A DNA stretch of 60,369 bases from Malacoraja senta. Taxonomy: Eukaryota. Below the pieces are notes generated by a model, which saw nothing but the letters and a program-made list of their open reading frames with translations, had not been told where the DNA came from and ran no database searches. The stretch covers positions 1-60,369 of the forward strand of contig JAXLNO010000044.1 in assembly GCA_038087875.1 (NCBI GenBank), written 5' to 3'. Made by a program: the position numbers and the translations under genes. Positions 1-16,842 of this stretch are shown in pieces (the first letter of the stretch is position 1; each line of letters begins with the position of its first letter).

Positions 1-572
1 GGGGTGTGAATCTGGCACCCACAAACACACACACTCATCACACCCCTTGATATTATATTAATATTTTAAAGACAGAGAGACTGTTGGCGGGCTGTTTTCC
101 CAACGCGCGTTTGCGGGAGGGGGGGTGGGCTGCGGCATCACACTCACACTAACCACCCCCCAAACTCACACTAACCACCCCCAAACACACTCGGGGGGAT
201 GGGGGGGGAAGGAAGATGGGGTGGGGAGAGAAGAGGGGAGAGGGAGATGGGGTGGGGAGAGAAGAGGAGAGGGAGAGGGAGGGGGAGAGAGAGGAGAGGG
301 GTGGAGAGAGGAAAGAGAGGATGGGGGAGAGAGGTGAAGGGGGGGGGGTTGGAGCGGGCGTGCATGAGTCGAGTCGCGGGCTGTGAGGGAGAGAAGGGAG
401 AGAGAGAAGGGAGAGAGTGAAAGGAGAGAGAGAAGTGGGAGAGAGAGAAGGGGAGAGAGAGAGAGAGAAGGGAGGGAGAATGGAGAGAGAGAGAGAAGGG
501 AGAGAGAGAGAAGGGAGAGAGAGAAAGGTGAGGGAGAGAATGGGGAGAGAGAATGGGGAGAGAGAGAGAGAG

Positions 573-5192
<4,620 letters not shown>

Positions 5193-5224
5193 TATAATTG
5201 TTGCTAAAACAAAGGCTTAGTGCA

Positions 5225-5517
5225 GCACCGTGTCGCATCGTAGAGTTGCTGCCTTACAGTGCCAGAGACCCGGGTTCGATCCTGACAATGGGTGCTGTCT
5301 GTACGGAGTTTGTATATTCTCCTGTGACTTCGTGGATTTTCTCTGGGTGCGCCAGTTTCTTCCCACATTCCAAAGATATGCAGGTTGTAGATTAATTTGT
5401 TTCAGTAAATTGTCTGTTGTGTGTAGGATAGAACATAGTGTATGGGTGATTGCTGGTCGGTGCGGACTCAGTGGGCCAAAGGGCCTGTTCCACTCTGTGT
5501 ATCTCTAAACTAAACTA
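5225..5517 (+). mobile_element. tRNA-derived SINE (HE1-like)
   Basis: A-box-like AGAGTTGCTG, B-box GGTTCGATCC, CTCTAAACTAAACTAA tail; many homologues in this window. Confidence 0.8.
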
Positions 5518-6194
5518 AGGAACTTATTTGAGAACAGACTGTATTGTGTGATGTTTGAAATATTTCTCTATTGAATTATGCCTGCTTCAGCATCATGTAA
5601 GAAATTTATGAGTAATTTTGCTCAAAGCTTTCTGGCCTGTCACACATATTTCCTCACATTCTGCTCTGACAGATAAATGTGAAGGGTTCATGGAATGATT
5701 AGCAGCCTAACATTATGGTGAACAATCTTCCTGTGGCTGAAACCATAATTATATCACCTAGCAGTGGGGTGGGGGAGGGGGGATTAGCTTGGTGGTCAGT
5801 CCTACTTAATATAACTGTCTGGAGTGGGGAATTAAATTTTGTAAATGTTTGCCTGACAAAAGATGTAGTAGCAGATTTGAAGAGAATTATATAACTAATT
5901 AAAAAAGGAAAAAATCAGGGCCACAGGGAATAGATAGAGATGGGGTTATAATTGAATTTAGCAAATCAAGAGAGTCAAGATTAGGCAGAATGCATTCCTT
6001 TTGTTTTATGTAATTCCATGATACTGTTTTAAACCACTTACTTGAGAAGTCAACATATGTCAACAATGCATATGTTCATGATATGAAAGGCTAGAGGCAG
6101 ATTGTGGATCAGTATTTTTTTTTATCAATCCTCTGAAAGGCTTGTGGGACCCACTCTGCAATCCTTATTAAATCAGCATTCTTCCTGTTCCCAG

Positions 6195-6394
6195 ACTCCA
6201 CCCATAGAAGAGTTTATTGTGGCGCAAGTCCATCCATTATCAAAGGATCCAGCAGACCAAAAGCTGTCTACAACGCGGTCCCCCACTGGGAAAGTTCGGC
6301 CTGAGCTCCCACCCTGGCGTGGGTCAGACAGACATCCGACAGATACCATACGTTTCAACTATCTGGACAACAGCAGTCCCAATGAGCTAACTGG
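6195..6394 (+). CDS. FBXO16: F-box only protein 16, internal exon (TPPIEEFIVAQVHPL...LPPWRGSDRHPTDTIRFNYLDN...)
   Basis: Matches recalled FBXO16 motif LPPWRSSDKHPTDIIRFNYLDN; acceptor tcttcctgttcccag, donor GG|gtaagt (phase 2). Confidence 0.9.
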
Positions 6395-6624
6395 GTAAGT
6401 GTGAGGAAACGTACTAGAGAGCAGGTGTCTCAGGTTCTCAACATTGTAGTGCTCTCTGGCTTTGTCTTGGCTCTCTGGAAACTTTTTTTCAGTTTCTTAC
6501 TGCCCACTGAGGCTTTTCCCTGGGGGCATCAAAGCCATCCACCCAGTAACTGATGCTGTCCTGGCCTGGATGTCTACTCTTGATCTACAACTTTAGGCTG
6601 TGCTCGCCATATGCAAGAAGAAGT

Positions 6625-7176
6625 TTCTTACCTTGCCGAAGATGCGATTATTTTCCAGGTCGCATCTACGGCCGATCTGTGGCCAACCATCGATGGAGCT
6701 GGAGGCCTCTCGGACCGCGGGGCATGGACTTAACATCGGAGCCGATCCCTTGCCTGGGATCGCTCCAACCGTGGCCTGCGGACTTACCATCAAGGGCTCG
6801 CAGTCTCCGGAGAAGCCGAGTCGGGAAGCTCCAATGAAGCAGACGCTCGACCAGCCCCGATGCGTGGTCTTATCGCCGGCGCGGGGGAGCTGACAACTCC
6901 CGACGCGGATGGCCTGACCGCCGGCTACGGGAGTCAAGATCATCCCGTCAACGGAAGGCTCGAGTCCCCCGACCACGGGAGAGCTAAGGGAAGAGATTTG
7001 AACTTTTTTTTGCCTTCCATCAAAGTGAGGAATGTGGAGGAGTCACTGTGGTGGATGTTTATGTTAAAATGTTGCTTTTTATTTATATGACTGACTTGGC
7101 AAATGAAATTTCTCGTATGGTGCCAAACATATTTGGCTAATTAAGTATTATTGTGATTGTGATTGTGATTGTGATT
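6625..7176 (+). mobile_element. GC-rich non-LTR-type repeat fragment ending in (GATTGT)n
   Basis: CpG-rich body, AT-rich 3' end, microsatellite tail that resumes at ~7600 after a nested insertion. Confidence 0.45.
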
Positions 7177-7196
7177 TTTTAATTATGTTTCTCTAT

Positions 7197-7600
7197 GGAT
7201 TGTCACCTTGTCGTGGTGGAGAAGCTTCTGTGGTCCTGAGATCCTGAGAACGATGCCGTCTGGAGCTATGCTCCTGGTAGGGTCACCCATGGCAGTAAAG
7301 TCGAGGGGGAGGTCTCTGACAAAGAGCAATCCAACCAAGACCTCAACTGTGGAATAGGTCGAGGATGATGGCTGACTTTAGTGGAGCATCACAACGGCTG
7401 GAAAGCCGGATGAAGGCTGCAGCAGAAAAGGGTCCCCGGTTGTCTTGGATTCCATGCCACTGGATTCTGACCCAGATCTGTCAAGGACCGTGTGGTGGCT
7501 GTCTGTGCACCAGTCTCCCCACGTAAAACAAAATCATGCACAGGCGTCCTCCATGAGAGGACAATCATACTCGTTTCGAGTGACCACCGATGATGATGAT
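7197..7600 (+). mobile_element. Short RTE-related non-autonomous element (RTE/Expander-like 5' head, (GAT)n tail)
   Basis: CACCTTGTCGTGGTGGAG...GAGCTATG...GGTAGGGTCACCCA resembles recalled RTE-clade 5' UTRs; ends GATGATGATGAT. Confidence 0.6.
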
Positions 7601-7901
7601 TGTGATTATGATTGTGATTGTGTGATTGTGATTATAATTAGTACTTAACTTTAATATTTTGAAAGTAGACAAATAACTTTGCAGAATAACATATATACAT
7701 TGCATGCCCATCTTCCCAATTGACAGAATCCATTTGAATATTCCAATACTTGTGGCTGGTCTAAGGGGTTCTGAGTGCAAAACTCCTGACAACCAAAGTA
7801 CATTGATTTTGGAGTGTTGAGTAATGGCTCCTTGGATATATAAGCAGGCAGAATGTTAAATGAAAAACGCATGTCCTGAACTGTATTAAGGGACAGGGAT
7901 A

Positions 7902-8741
7902 CAGTGCCCTCCATGATGTTTGGGACAAAGACCCATCATTTATTTATTTGCCTCTGTACTCCACAATTTGAGATTTGTAATAGAAGAAATCACATGTGGT
8001 TAAAGTGCACATTGTCAGATTTTATTAAAGGGTATTTGTATACATTTTGGTTTCACCAGGTAGAAATTACAGCTGTGTTTATACATAGTCCCCCCCCCCC
8101 CCCCCCCCCACCCCAATTTCAGGGCACCATAATGTTTGGGATACATGGCCTCACCTGAGACACCTGAAAAGAAAACTGAAGGGGACTAGTCCCCAAAACA
8201 AGCATTAGCTAAAGATGGCTGTAATACAGGCCTGGCAGAGCATCACTGGGGTGGGAGATTGCAACCTTCACGTGGTCCACCCTGTTTCGACTAATGCAAT
8301 CAACCTGACGTGCACAAACAAATAGATCAAATAGAACAAGTTGACCTACAACTTTAGGCTGTGCACGCCATTCGCGAGATGAAGAAGAGCATCACCAGGG
8401 AAGACACCCAGCAACTGGTGATGTCCATGAATTGCAGACTTCAAGCAGTCATTGCATGCAAAGGATATGCAACAAAATACTAAACATGACTACCTTCATT
8501 TACATGATATTGCTGTGTTCCAAACATTATGGTGCCTTGAAATGAGGGGACAATGTATAAACACTGCTGTAATTTCTACATGGTGAAACCGAAATGTATA
8601 AAAATACCTTTTATTAAAATCTGACAATGTGCACTTTAACCACATGTGATTTTTTTATTCTATTACAAATCTCAAATTGTGGAGTACAGAGGCAAATAAA
8701 TAAATGATGGGTCTTTGTCCTAAACATTATGGAGAGCACAG
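7902..8741 (+). mobile_element. Internally deleted Tc1 DNA transposon with ~240-bp TIRs
   Basis: TA|CAGTGCCCTCCAT ... ATGGAGAGCACAG|TA; long inverted arms; transposase C-terminal remnant QAWQSITREDTQQLVMSMNCRLQAVIACKGYATKY*. Confidence 0.9.
8247..8385 (+). mobile_element. 5'-truncated retroposon with (GAA)n tail inserted in the Tc1
   Basis: 10-bp TSD AGAGCATCAC at 8237-8246 and 8386-8395; second copy of the 3' end at ~6585-6622. Confidence 0.75.
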
Positions 8742-9391
8742 TATGTCTTCCAACAAAGTTAATGCAGGAGATGGCCACTTAATGTTTTCCTTGATCTCAT
8801 CATGGAGGTTTCAATGAGAAAAAATTAACATGAATATTTATTTGTTGCTTTCCCTACATAATTACAAAAGTACAGAATCAGGATATTGCACCTTCAGTGG
8901 GTGGTTTTGATGGCCTTGAAGAATCATTGGATGTTACATTGTTTAATAATCATTGCACAAGTGTCAAGCATCACTTGGCTTGTTAGTTTCCAAAGCAAAT
9001 CTCTAAAGTCATCTCCTACGGTGAAATTGGCTATCTGTGTTCTTAAGTAACAATGATGTGTGGGGAGATTATAAGAAACAGGTTTCTTTTGAAGACGAGT
9101 TCTCGCTTGAATTAACTAATGTGATCTTGTTGTTATGTACAGGTGTCTCTTTGTCATGTGTTTGTAATCTGGAGATGACCAATAATTACCACCTTTGTGC
9201 CTTAAATGATACTTATTGCACCTTATTATGTTTATTGAGCTTACTGTCAAAAGCCTGAATAGATTTTTAATTGGACAGAGTAAACTATTCCTTATTATGA
9301 GCAGTATGTGATTTTAAGGCCCGGCATATGTTAATTGGAATTGTGTTAATTCCTGTAACCCATTACATAAGGATATATTTGCAATGCTTAA

Positions 9392-9910
9392 AAGGCCTGT
9401 CTCACAAGTCTGCGGTGATACAGGAAGTATCTACCGCTCATGGACCGCCAGAGACCGCGGGTTCGGTCAAACGCAAACTGCCGAGGCCGTGCAGCGTTGG
9501 TCCCAACACCGCACGGTGCTCACAAAAAGTCAGCAATGTTCAAAAATAATTTCTTACCGCACAGCCGCCGCCAGTGAGGCACGAGTGCGGCACGGTCTCC
9601 GCCACAGCCGCCGCCAGTGTGGCACGAGCGCCGCGAGTCGAACCTTCACCGCCACAGCCTCCGCCAGTGAGGCACGTGTGCGGCACGGCCGCCGCCACAG
9701 CCCCGCGATCCGAAAGACGTCATCGCGTAGCGCGTCGCGTTGCACGATGACGTCATCACCCGACGCCGCAAGCTCGTGGAACCGGCCATACGGTGATCAC
9801 TCAGCCCCCGCGCAGCATCCGTGCGGCGCTCTCGTGGTTGCCGTGCGGTCCCCTCTTCCGGCGATGCCGCTCTTCACCGCCAATGACCGCAAACCCGTGG
9901 GACAGAGCCT
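9392..9910. mobile_element. PIF/Harbinger-type MITE, CpG-rich
   Basis: TAA|AAGGCCTGTCTCAC ... GTGGGACAGAGCCT|TAA imperfect TIRs with TAA TSD; internal direct repeats and palindrome. Confidence 0.7.
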
Positions 9911-10049
9911 TAACTTCCCGATGCACTTTCTTGCAGGTAACATGTCAGGGTATTTTTTAACAAGTCTGATGCCTTGCAGAACTTCGTCATTCTGTATATC
10001 CTGCCTTAAATTAATAACATTATCATTTTTGGATGGTCTATTTATCCAG

Positions 10050-10152
10050 GAAAAAGAAGGGCAGTCAAACCACCCCTGATCTTATTCGACAGAGTCACGA
10101 CAGAAAGAAGCATCCATCGGCAAACTATAAAATGCGTAAAGTAAAATCACTG
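10050..10152 (+). CDS. FBXO16: FBXO16 exon (KKKGSQTTPDLIRQSHDRKK...MRKVKSL)
   Basis: Matches recalled TPDFSRQSHDKK...LRKAQSM; acceptor tatccag, phase 2 fits the previous exon; donor CTG|gtaggc. Confidence 0.88.
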
Positions 10153-10291
10153 GTAGGCTCACTGATACTTCCTTTCTTGGCCCTCTTAAAGGATCTTGGA
10201 AATAGTGAAATAAGTGTTTAGAAAAAAGCATAATACCGTTGAAAGCATAGCAATGATCTGCTTATCTGCAATGATCTGGGGGGGGGGGGGG

Positions 10292-10597
10292 AGTCCAGAA
10301 CCAGGGGTCACAGTTTAAGTATAAGGGGTAGGCCATTCAGGACTGAGTTGTGGAAAAACGTTTTCACCCAGGGAGTTGTGAATCTGTGGAATTCTCTGCC
10401 ACAGAAGGCAGTGGAGGCCAATTCACTGGATGTATTCAAGAGAAAGTTAGATATGGCTCTTAGGGCTAACAGAATCAAGGGATATGGGGAGAAAGCAGGA
10501 ACGGGATTCTGATTTTGGATTCATAATCATATTGAAGGACGGTGCTGGCTGGAAGGGCTGAATGGCCTATTCCTGCACCTATTTTCTATGTTTCTAT
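10292..10597 (+). mobile_element. CR1 LINE 3' fragment
   Basis: RTRGHSL...FTQxVVNLWNSLP-type coding remnant and CCTATTTTCTATGTTTCTAT tail. Confidence 0.85.
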
Positions 10598-11599
10598 CTA
10601 CTTTATCATATGCACATAAGCTGCTTGCTGACTTTGATAATGTCCAAGTTCACCACTGAGGTGTTTGAGGTGTGAAATAGATATCAACACATGATGATAT
10701 CTATTTTGCCTTCCCATTCCCATGGCATTTCTAAACGTGATCAGCATTTCACATTTTACATTTTGAGATCTTATTTGCAAACCTCTTACCTTTTAATCTT
10801 AATTGTCAATTGATCACGGGACATATCTTGTGGTTTGCAAGTGGTGTAGAAGTAGTTGCCAGAGGTGCATTGATCATCCTAGATCTTTCCTCAACTAGCG
10901 CCCTCATGATTCCCACCCTAAAGCCTTGCTTTACCAAGTATTCTGCTTCAAGCTGAGCCAAGACCCTTTCTAATTTAGAATGTGGAAACAAGGAATTGAA
11001 GATGCTGATTTACAAATAAAAAGTGTCTAAGTGCAGTTGTAACTCAGCGAGTCAAGTAGTATCCCTGAAGAACATGGATAGGTGACGTTTTGGGTCAAAC
11101 CCCTTCTTTAGACCATAGTTTGCCTGTAGGCAATCCTTAAGGGAAGAATAAATTAATTGCTGCTTCATTCTAAAGCAGCCTCAAATTCTATTTGCTAACG
11201 TGCAACTGAAATGGCAGCACTGCCCCGTCCCATCAGTTTATTGATTTCCAGGCTTTGTTAATCCTACTGATAATGTCTGAACAAAGAAAGAAACTTGGAA
11301 TCACTAGTACAGGACAGAGAGATCATCTGACCCTGACCGCATCCTTCTATATAGACATGCTTCTCTATAATCACAGCTGGGTTTTTTTTTAAATTTATGC
11401 CAGTGTTTGCTCCCATGACTTCAACTGAAAGACCATTCATGGATAAATAGTTAGTGCAGAATTTGCCATTTATGCATGTCCCAATCCTGGAATCACAATT
11501 TTACTTGTTTAATCTCCTTTAAAATAGCAGGAGTTCAAATTCTCTCAGCCTTTCCTCTTTACTCATTTTTCCTGATTGTGTGTATGTTTCTGATGGATG

Positions 11600-12110
11600 A
11601 AGTATTAGATCTTGAATACTTTTTACATGTTTTTCAGTTTCCAAGGGGGAGAAGAAAGCTGGAAAAGGCGAGAGGCAGGACATAGTGTAGCAGGCAATAA
11701 GTTGACATAGGCAAGGGATGTTTTTGATAAGCAGATATTGGGACAGGTTTGAAGAGTTGCAGAATGTCAAGCCAGAGGGAGGAATGTAGCGGGGGTGGGG
11801 TGTGGTGCGGTGCAAGAGGGAAATAGGTGGGAGTCCAGGTAGGGCACGGGGGTAGGTTGGGAGGAGGGGAAATGTTTTTGGGGGGTGTGGTTGTTAGGGG
11901 TTACCTAAAATTGAATGATTCAGTTCATACTGTTGGGTTGTAAGCTACCCATACAGAATATGAGGTGCTGTTCCTCCAGATTACATGTGGCCTCACTCTG
12001 GCAATGGAGGAGACCCAGGACAGAAAGGTCAATGGAAATGGGAAGGGAAGTTAAAATGGTTAGCAACTGGGAGATTCAGTCGGTCTTAGCCGACCGGGGG
12101 CAAGTGTCGC
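11600..12110 (-). mobile_element. Penelope-like element 3' fragment (GIY-YIG C-terminus)
   Basis: Minus strand gives LLHCQSEATCNLEEQHLIFCMGSLQPNSMN; homologous to 41690-42140. Confidence 0.7.
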
Positions 12111-12539
12111 TTGGTTTTACTCTGCTCTATCTTGAACTCGTTGGAATTGATGCTACTGTGCCATCTACTGATCATTCTTGTTTACTGCAACTCAGTATTA
12201 CAGGTGAATGCAGCTTGGTTTTATTTTATTAATTATAATACAATTCACTACAGTTAAACTTTAATATACCAGTAGGTACATTGAAACATTAGATTAGCAG
12301 TAAAAGGAAAATTGGGAAGAATATTTTTGACAAAGGATAGTAAATATCTGAGTAATTTATTGCCCCCCCCTCCCCCTCAGGCTTTTCCATTCCCTTTGAA
12401 TCTCTTGCCATTGCAGACGAGATAATTTCATAATTTCTGCAAAGAAGAACAATTAAAAATGGTGATAGTAGTCTGTGCTATTGATATGTTGAGATGGTAA
12501 GAACAAGCAATTGGACTTCAATAATGCCTTTCACAACCA

Positions 12540-12835
12540 GGCAGCACAGTGATGCAGCTGGTAGTGCTGCTGACTCACAGCACGAGAGGTTTGTTCTTGA
12601 CCTCGGGTGCTGACTGTTTGGAGTTTGCAAGTTTTCCCTGTGGCTGCATGGGTTTCCTCCGGGTCTCTGGTTTCCTCCCACATCCCAAAGATGCGAGTAT
12701 GTAGATTAATTGGCCTTTATAAAATTGCTCCTAATGTGTAGGCAGTGGAATAACATAGAGCTAATGTTAATGGACAATGGAAGGTCACCTAGACTCGAAG
12801 GGCACATGGGCCTATGTCCATGCTGTATCTCTAAA
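12540..12835 (+). mobile_element. HE1-like SINE
   Basis: Homologous to 5225-5517. Confidence 0.75.
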
Positions 12836-13360
12836 TGTGGACATACCAAAAGCATTTGTAAGACGGTGAATAATCTCGAACTATAATTGCTATTGCAATG
12901 TAGGAAATGTGGCCGCTGGTAGTTGCACAACAATTTCCCACAGCAACAATGAACCAATGATCAAAGAGTCTATTTTAACTATGTTGATAGTTAATATACA
13001 AAGGATACAAAGGACATTTATTATCACATACACCAATTGGTGTAGTGAAATTTGTGGTGGGGTTATTGGGGAAACTCACCTGCTCATCCAAAACATGAAA
13101 ACTATTACCATGGGATCTTTTATCTCTGACTTGATGCACAGGTATTCCAACCCTAACTTACCGCTCCATCACTTTTTCATATCAACTAGATATTGTATCA
13201 CCTTCCAAGCAACCATATCAAGTGCTTAGTGAATCTACCTTGTCCCTACCCTCTAGACCTGCTTTATCTCCATGGACCCTCCCTAATGTTAGTCTCATTT
13301 GTTGCATTTGTCCAACTATAAAACACTTATGATTGTTTCTTGTACTTAAATTGTGCTCAG

Positions 13361-13586
13361 ATGTGCATGTCCCTTGACTTTAACTTCAATCAAAAACGGC
13401 AACTTCGTCCAGTCTGGGCAAGTCGTAGTGCAGTGGGAGGTTTTGTTTCCAAGGAAGAAGTCAATGCATTAACCCAAAGTTCCGAGTGGAATGCTGGTAT
13501 TCGACCAGCACCAGTTCGACCAGCTATTCCATTCATGAGTGAAAAAGGACATAAAGCTTCTTTACGGACCCAGAGGAGCACCCCCT
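13361..13586 (+). CDS. FBXO16: FBXO16 penultimate coding exon (MCMSLDF...RPVWA...SEWNAGIRPAPVRP...RSTP)
   Basis: Open frame between acceptor gtgctcag and donor T|gtgagt; phase 0 in, phase 1 out, consistent with both flanking exons. Confidence 0.8.
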
Positions 13587-13946
13587 GTGAGTATGAGTGG
13601 CAGATATTTATGTTCATTCCTTTAGTCCTTTCTGGACAGCACTGACAATATTTATGTGATCCATAAACAATTTGTTGATAAAAGGAAGATCTTGCATTTC
13701 TCCAGTGTTAAAATGTGCCAGAGTGCTGTACAACTAATGAAGTACGAGACTAAGTGGGACCCGTTGGGTCCCATGTTCACACGGGAGGGCTGGTCCCTCA
13801 ACGCAATATTCCACCTCTCCACCAATTCCAATATTGGTGGCCAGTGGGGGGGGGGGGGCTTTCTGGAGCGCTAGTATGGTTGTTGTGGGCCAAAGGGACT
13901 GGTTTCCAGAAGGCTACTATGGACATTGTGGGCCGAATGGATTCTT

Positions 13947-14050
13947 GGGCTGGCAGCTCAGTCATTCAAGCCTGGTGGGCTGGCAGCTCAGTCACTCAGG
14001 CCTGGTGAACTGGCAGCTCAGTCACTCAGGCCTGGTGGGCTGCCAGCTCA
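13947..14050. repeat. Short ~30-bp tandem repeat (GGCTGGCAGCTCAGTCACTCAGGCCTGGTG), about 3.5 copies
   Basis: Direct reading. Confidence 0.85.
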
Positions 14051-14494
14051 GAAACTGCCAGAAAGTCTGCCCAAATCAGTTGAGAGACTCTGTGAGAGAG
14101 ATTAGGGGGAGAGGGTGGAGAATCAATTTTAGACATTTTTCATCTTTTTCTGCAGATCACAGCAATGAAGGAGAAAAGTCTATCCTGGCCTGGATCTCAC
14201 AGGGAGCCAATGAAGGGAGGGAGTAAAATACTGGGGTGAAGTTTAATACTTGCAGGGGGAATACTTACTGATGGGCCAAAGGCATTCCTCCTGGGCTAGT
14301 ACAGGCCTGATGGACCGAAGGGGCTCTTTAAAAAAAAATCTGATTGAAATCTCAGTAAAAGGCACTTTTTATGCACTTTTCCTGGCCTGGCATGGGCCTT
14401 TTGAGCCAAAATACTCCACGTGGGCTAATATGGGCAATTTGGGCAAAAGCGACTGGTTTCTCGGCTAATAGGGGCCTTGTGGGCCGAAATTAGT

Positions 14495-16842
14495 GGTTTC
14501 AGGTAGGCCAAACAGCTCATTGCATTTTCATTTCATTTCCATTTCCATTGCAGTTTCAAGCCCAGGTCAGGCCGAACAGCTCATTGCAATTTCATTTCTT
14601 TTCCATTTCCATTGCAGTTCCAAGCACAGGGCAGGCCGAACAGCTCAGTGCATTTTCATTTCATTTCCATTGCCATTGCAGTTTCAAGCACAGGGCAGGC
14701 CGAACAGCTCACTGCATTTTCATTTCGCTTCCATTGCCATTGCAGTTTCAAGCACAGGGCAGGCCGAACAGCTCACTGCATTTTCATTTTGCTTCCATTG
14801 CCATCGCAGTTTCAAGCACAGGGCAGGCCGAACAGCTCACTGCATTTTCATTTTGCTTCCATTGCCATCGCATTTCAAGCACAGGGCAGGCCGAACAGCT
14901 CACTGCATTTTCATTTCGCTTCCATTGCCATCGCAGTTCCAAGCACAGGGCAGGCCGAACAGCTCTGCATTTTCATTTCGCTTCCATTGCCATTGCAGTT
15001 CCAAGCACAGGGCAGGCCAAACAGCTCACTGCATTTTCATTTCGCTTCCATTGCCATTGCAGTTCCATGCACAGGGCAGGCCGAACAGCTCACTGCATTT
15101 TCATTTTACTTCCATTGCCATTGCAGTTTCAAGCACGGGGCAGGCCAAGCCAAACAGCTGATTGCATTTTCATTTCACTTCCATTGCCATTGAAGTTTCA
15201 AGCACAGGGCTGGCCAAGCCAAACAGCTGATTGCATTTTCATTTCACTTCCATTGCCATTGCAATTTCAAGCACAGGGCAGGCCAAGCCAAACAGCTAAT
15301 TGCATTTTCATTTTACTTCCATTGCCATTGCAGTTTCAAGCACGGGACAGGCCAAGCCAAACAGCTGATTGCATTTTCATTTCACTTCCATTGCCATTGC
15401 AGTTTCAAGCACAGGGCAGGCCAAGCCAAACTGCTGATTGAATTTTCATTTCATTGCCATTGCCATTGCAGTTTCAAGCACAGGGCAGGCCAAGCCAAAC
15501 AGCTGATTGCATTTTCATTTCATTTCTATTGCCATTGCAGTTTCAAGCACAGGGCAGGCCAAGCCAAACAGCTGATTGCATTTTCATTTCACTTCCATTG
15601 CCATTGAAGTTTCAAGCACAGGGCTGGCCAAGCAAAACAGCTGATTGCATTTTAATTTCAATTCCATTGCCATTGCAGTTTCAAGCACAGGGCAGGGCAA
15701 GCCAAACAGCTGATTGCATTTTCATTTCACTTCCATTGCCATTGCAGTTTCAAGCACAGGGCAGGCCAAGCCAAACTGCTGATTGAATTTTCATTTCATT
15801 GCCATTGCCATTGCAGTTTCATGCACAGGGCAGGCCAAGCCAAACAGCTGATTGCATTTTCATTTCATTTCTATTGCCATTGCAGTTTCAAGCACAGGGC
15901 AGGCCAAGCCAAACAGCTGATTGCATTTTCATTTCACTTCCATTGCCATTGAAGTTTCAAGCACAGGGCTGGCCAAGCCAAACAGCTGATTGCATTTTCA
16001 TTTCACTTCCATTGCCATTGCAATTTCAAGCACAGGGTAGGCCAAGCCAAACAGATAATTGCATTTTCATTTTACTTCCATTGCCATTGCAGTTTCAAGC
16101 ACGGGGCAGGCCAAGCCAAGCAGCTGATTGCATTTTCATTTCACTTCCATTGCCATTGCAATTTCAAGCACAGGACAGGCCAAGCCAAACAGCTGATTGC
16201 ATTTTCATTTTACTTCCATTGCCATTGCAGTTTCAAGCGCAGGGCAGACCAAGCTAAACAGCTGATTGCATTTTCATTTCACTTCCATTGCCATTGCAGT
16301 TTCAAGCACAGGGCAGGCCAAGCCAAACAGCTGATTGCATTTTCATTTCACTTTCATTGCCATTGCAGTTTCAAGCACAGGGCAGGGCAAGCCAAACAGC
16401 TGATTGCATTTTCATTTCACTTCCATTGCCATTGCAGTTTCAAGCATAGGACAGGCCAAGCCAAACTGCTGATTGAATTTTCATTTCATTGCCATTGCCA
16501 TTGCAGTTTCAAGCACAGGGCAGGCCAAGCCAAACAGCTGATTGCATTTTCATTTCCATTGCCATTGCCATTGCAGTTTCAAGCACAGGGCAGGCAAAGC
16601 CAAACAGCTGATTGCATTTTCATTTCATTTCCATTGCCATTGCCATTGCAGTTTCAAGCACAGGGCAGGCCAAGCCAAACAGCTGATTGCATTTTCATTT
16701 CATTTCCATTGCCATTTCCATTGCAGTTTCAAGCACAGGGCAGGCCAAGCCAAACAGCTGATTGCATTTTCATTTCATTGCCATTGCCATTGCAGTTTCA
16801 AGCACAGCAGGCCAAGCCAAACAGCTGATTGCATTTTCATTA
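14495..16842. repeat. Satellite array: about 10 units of 64 bp, then about 25 units of 69 bp
   Basis: Unit starts 14691/14755 (64 bp) and 15481/15550 (69 bp); the 69-mer carries an extra CAAGC. Confidence 0.95.

Noticed and set aside
5225..5290. tRNA gene
   Set aside because: A/B boxes belong to a SINE head; no cloverleaf
9384..10079. 231-aa ORF
   Set aside because: Runs through a GC-rich MITE; no domain
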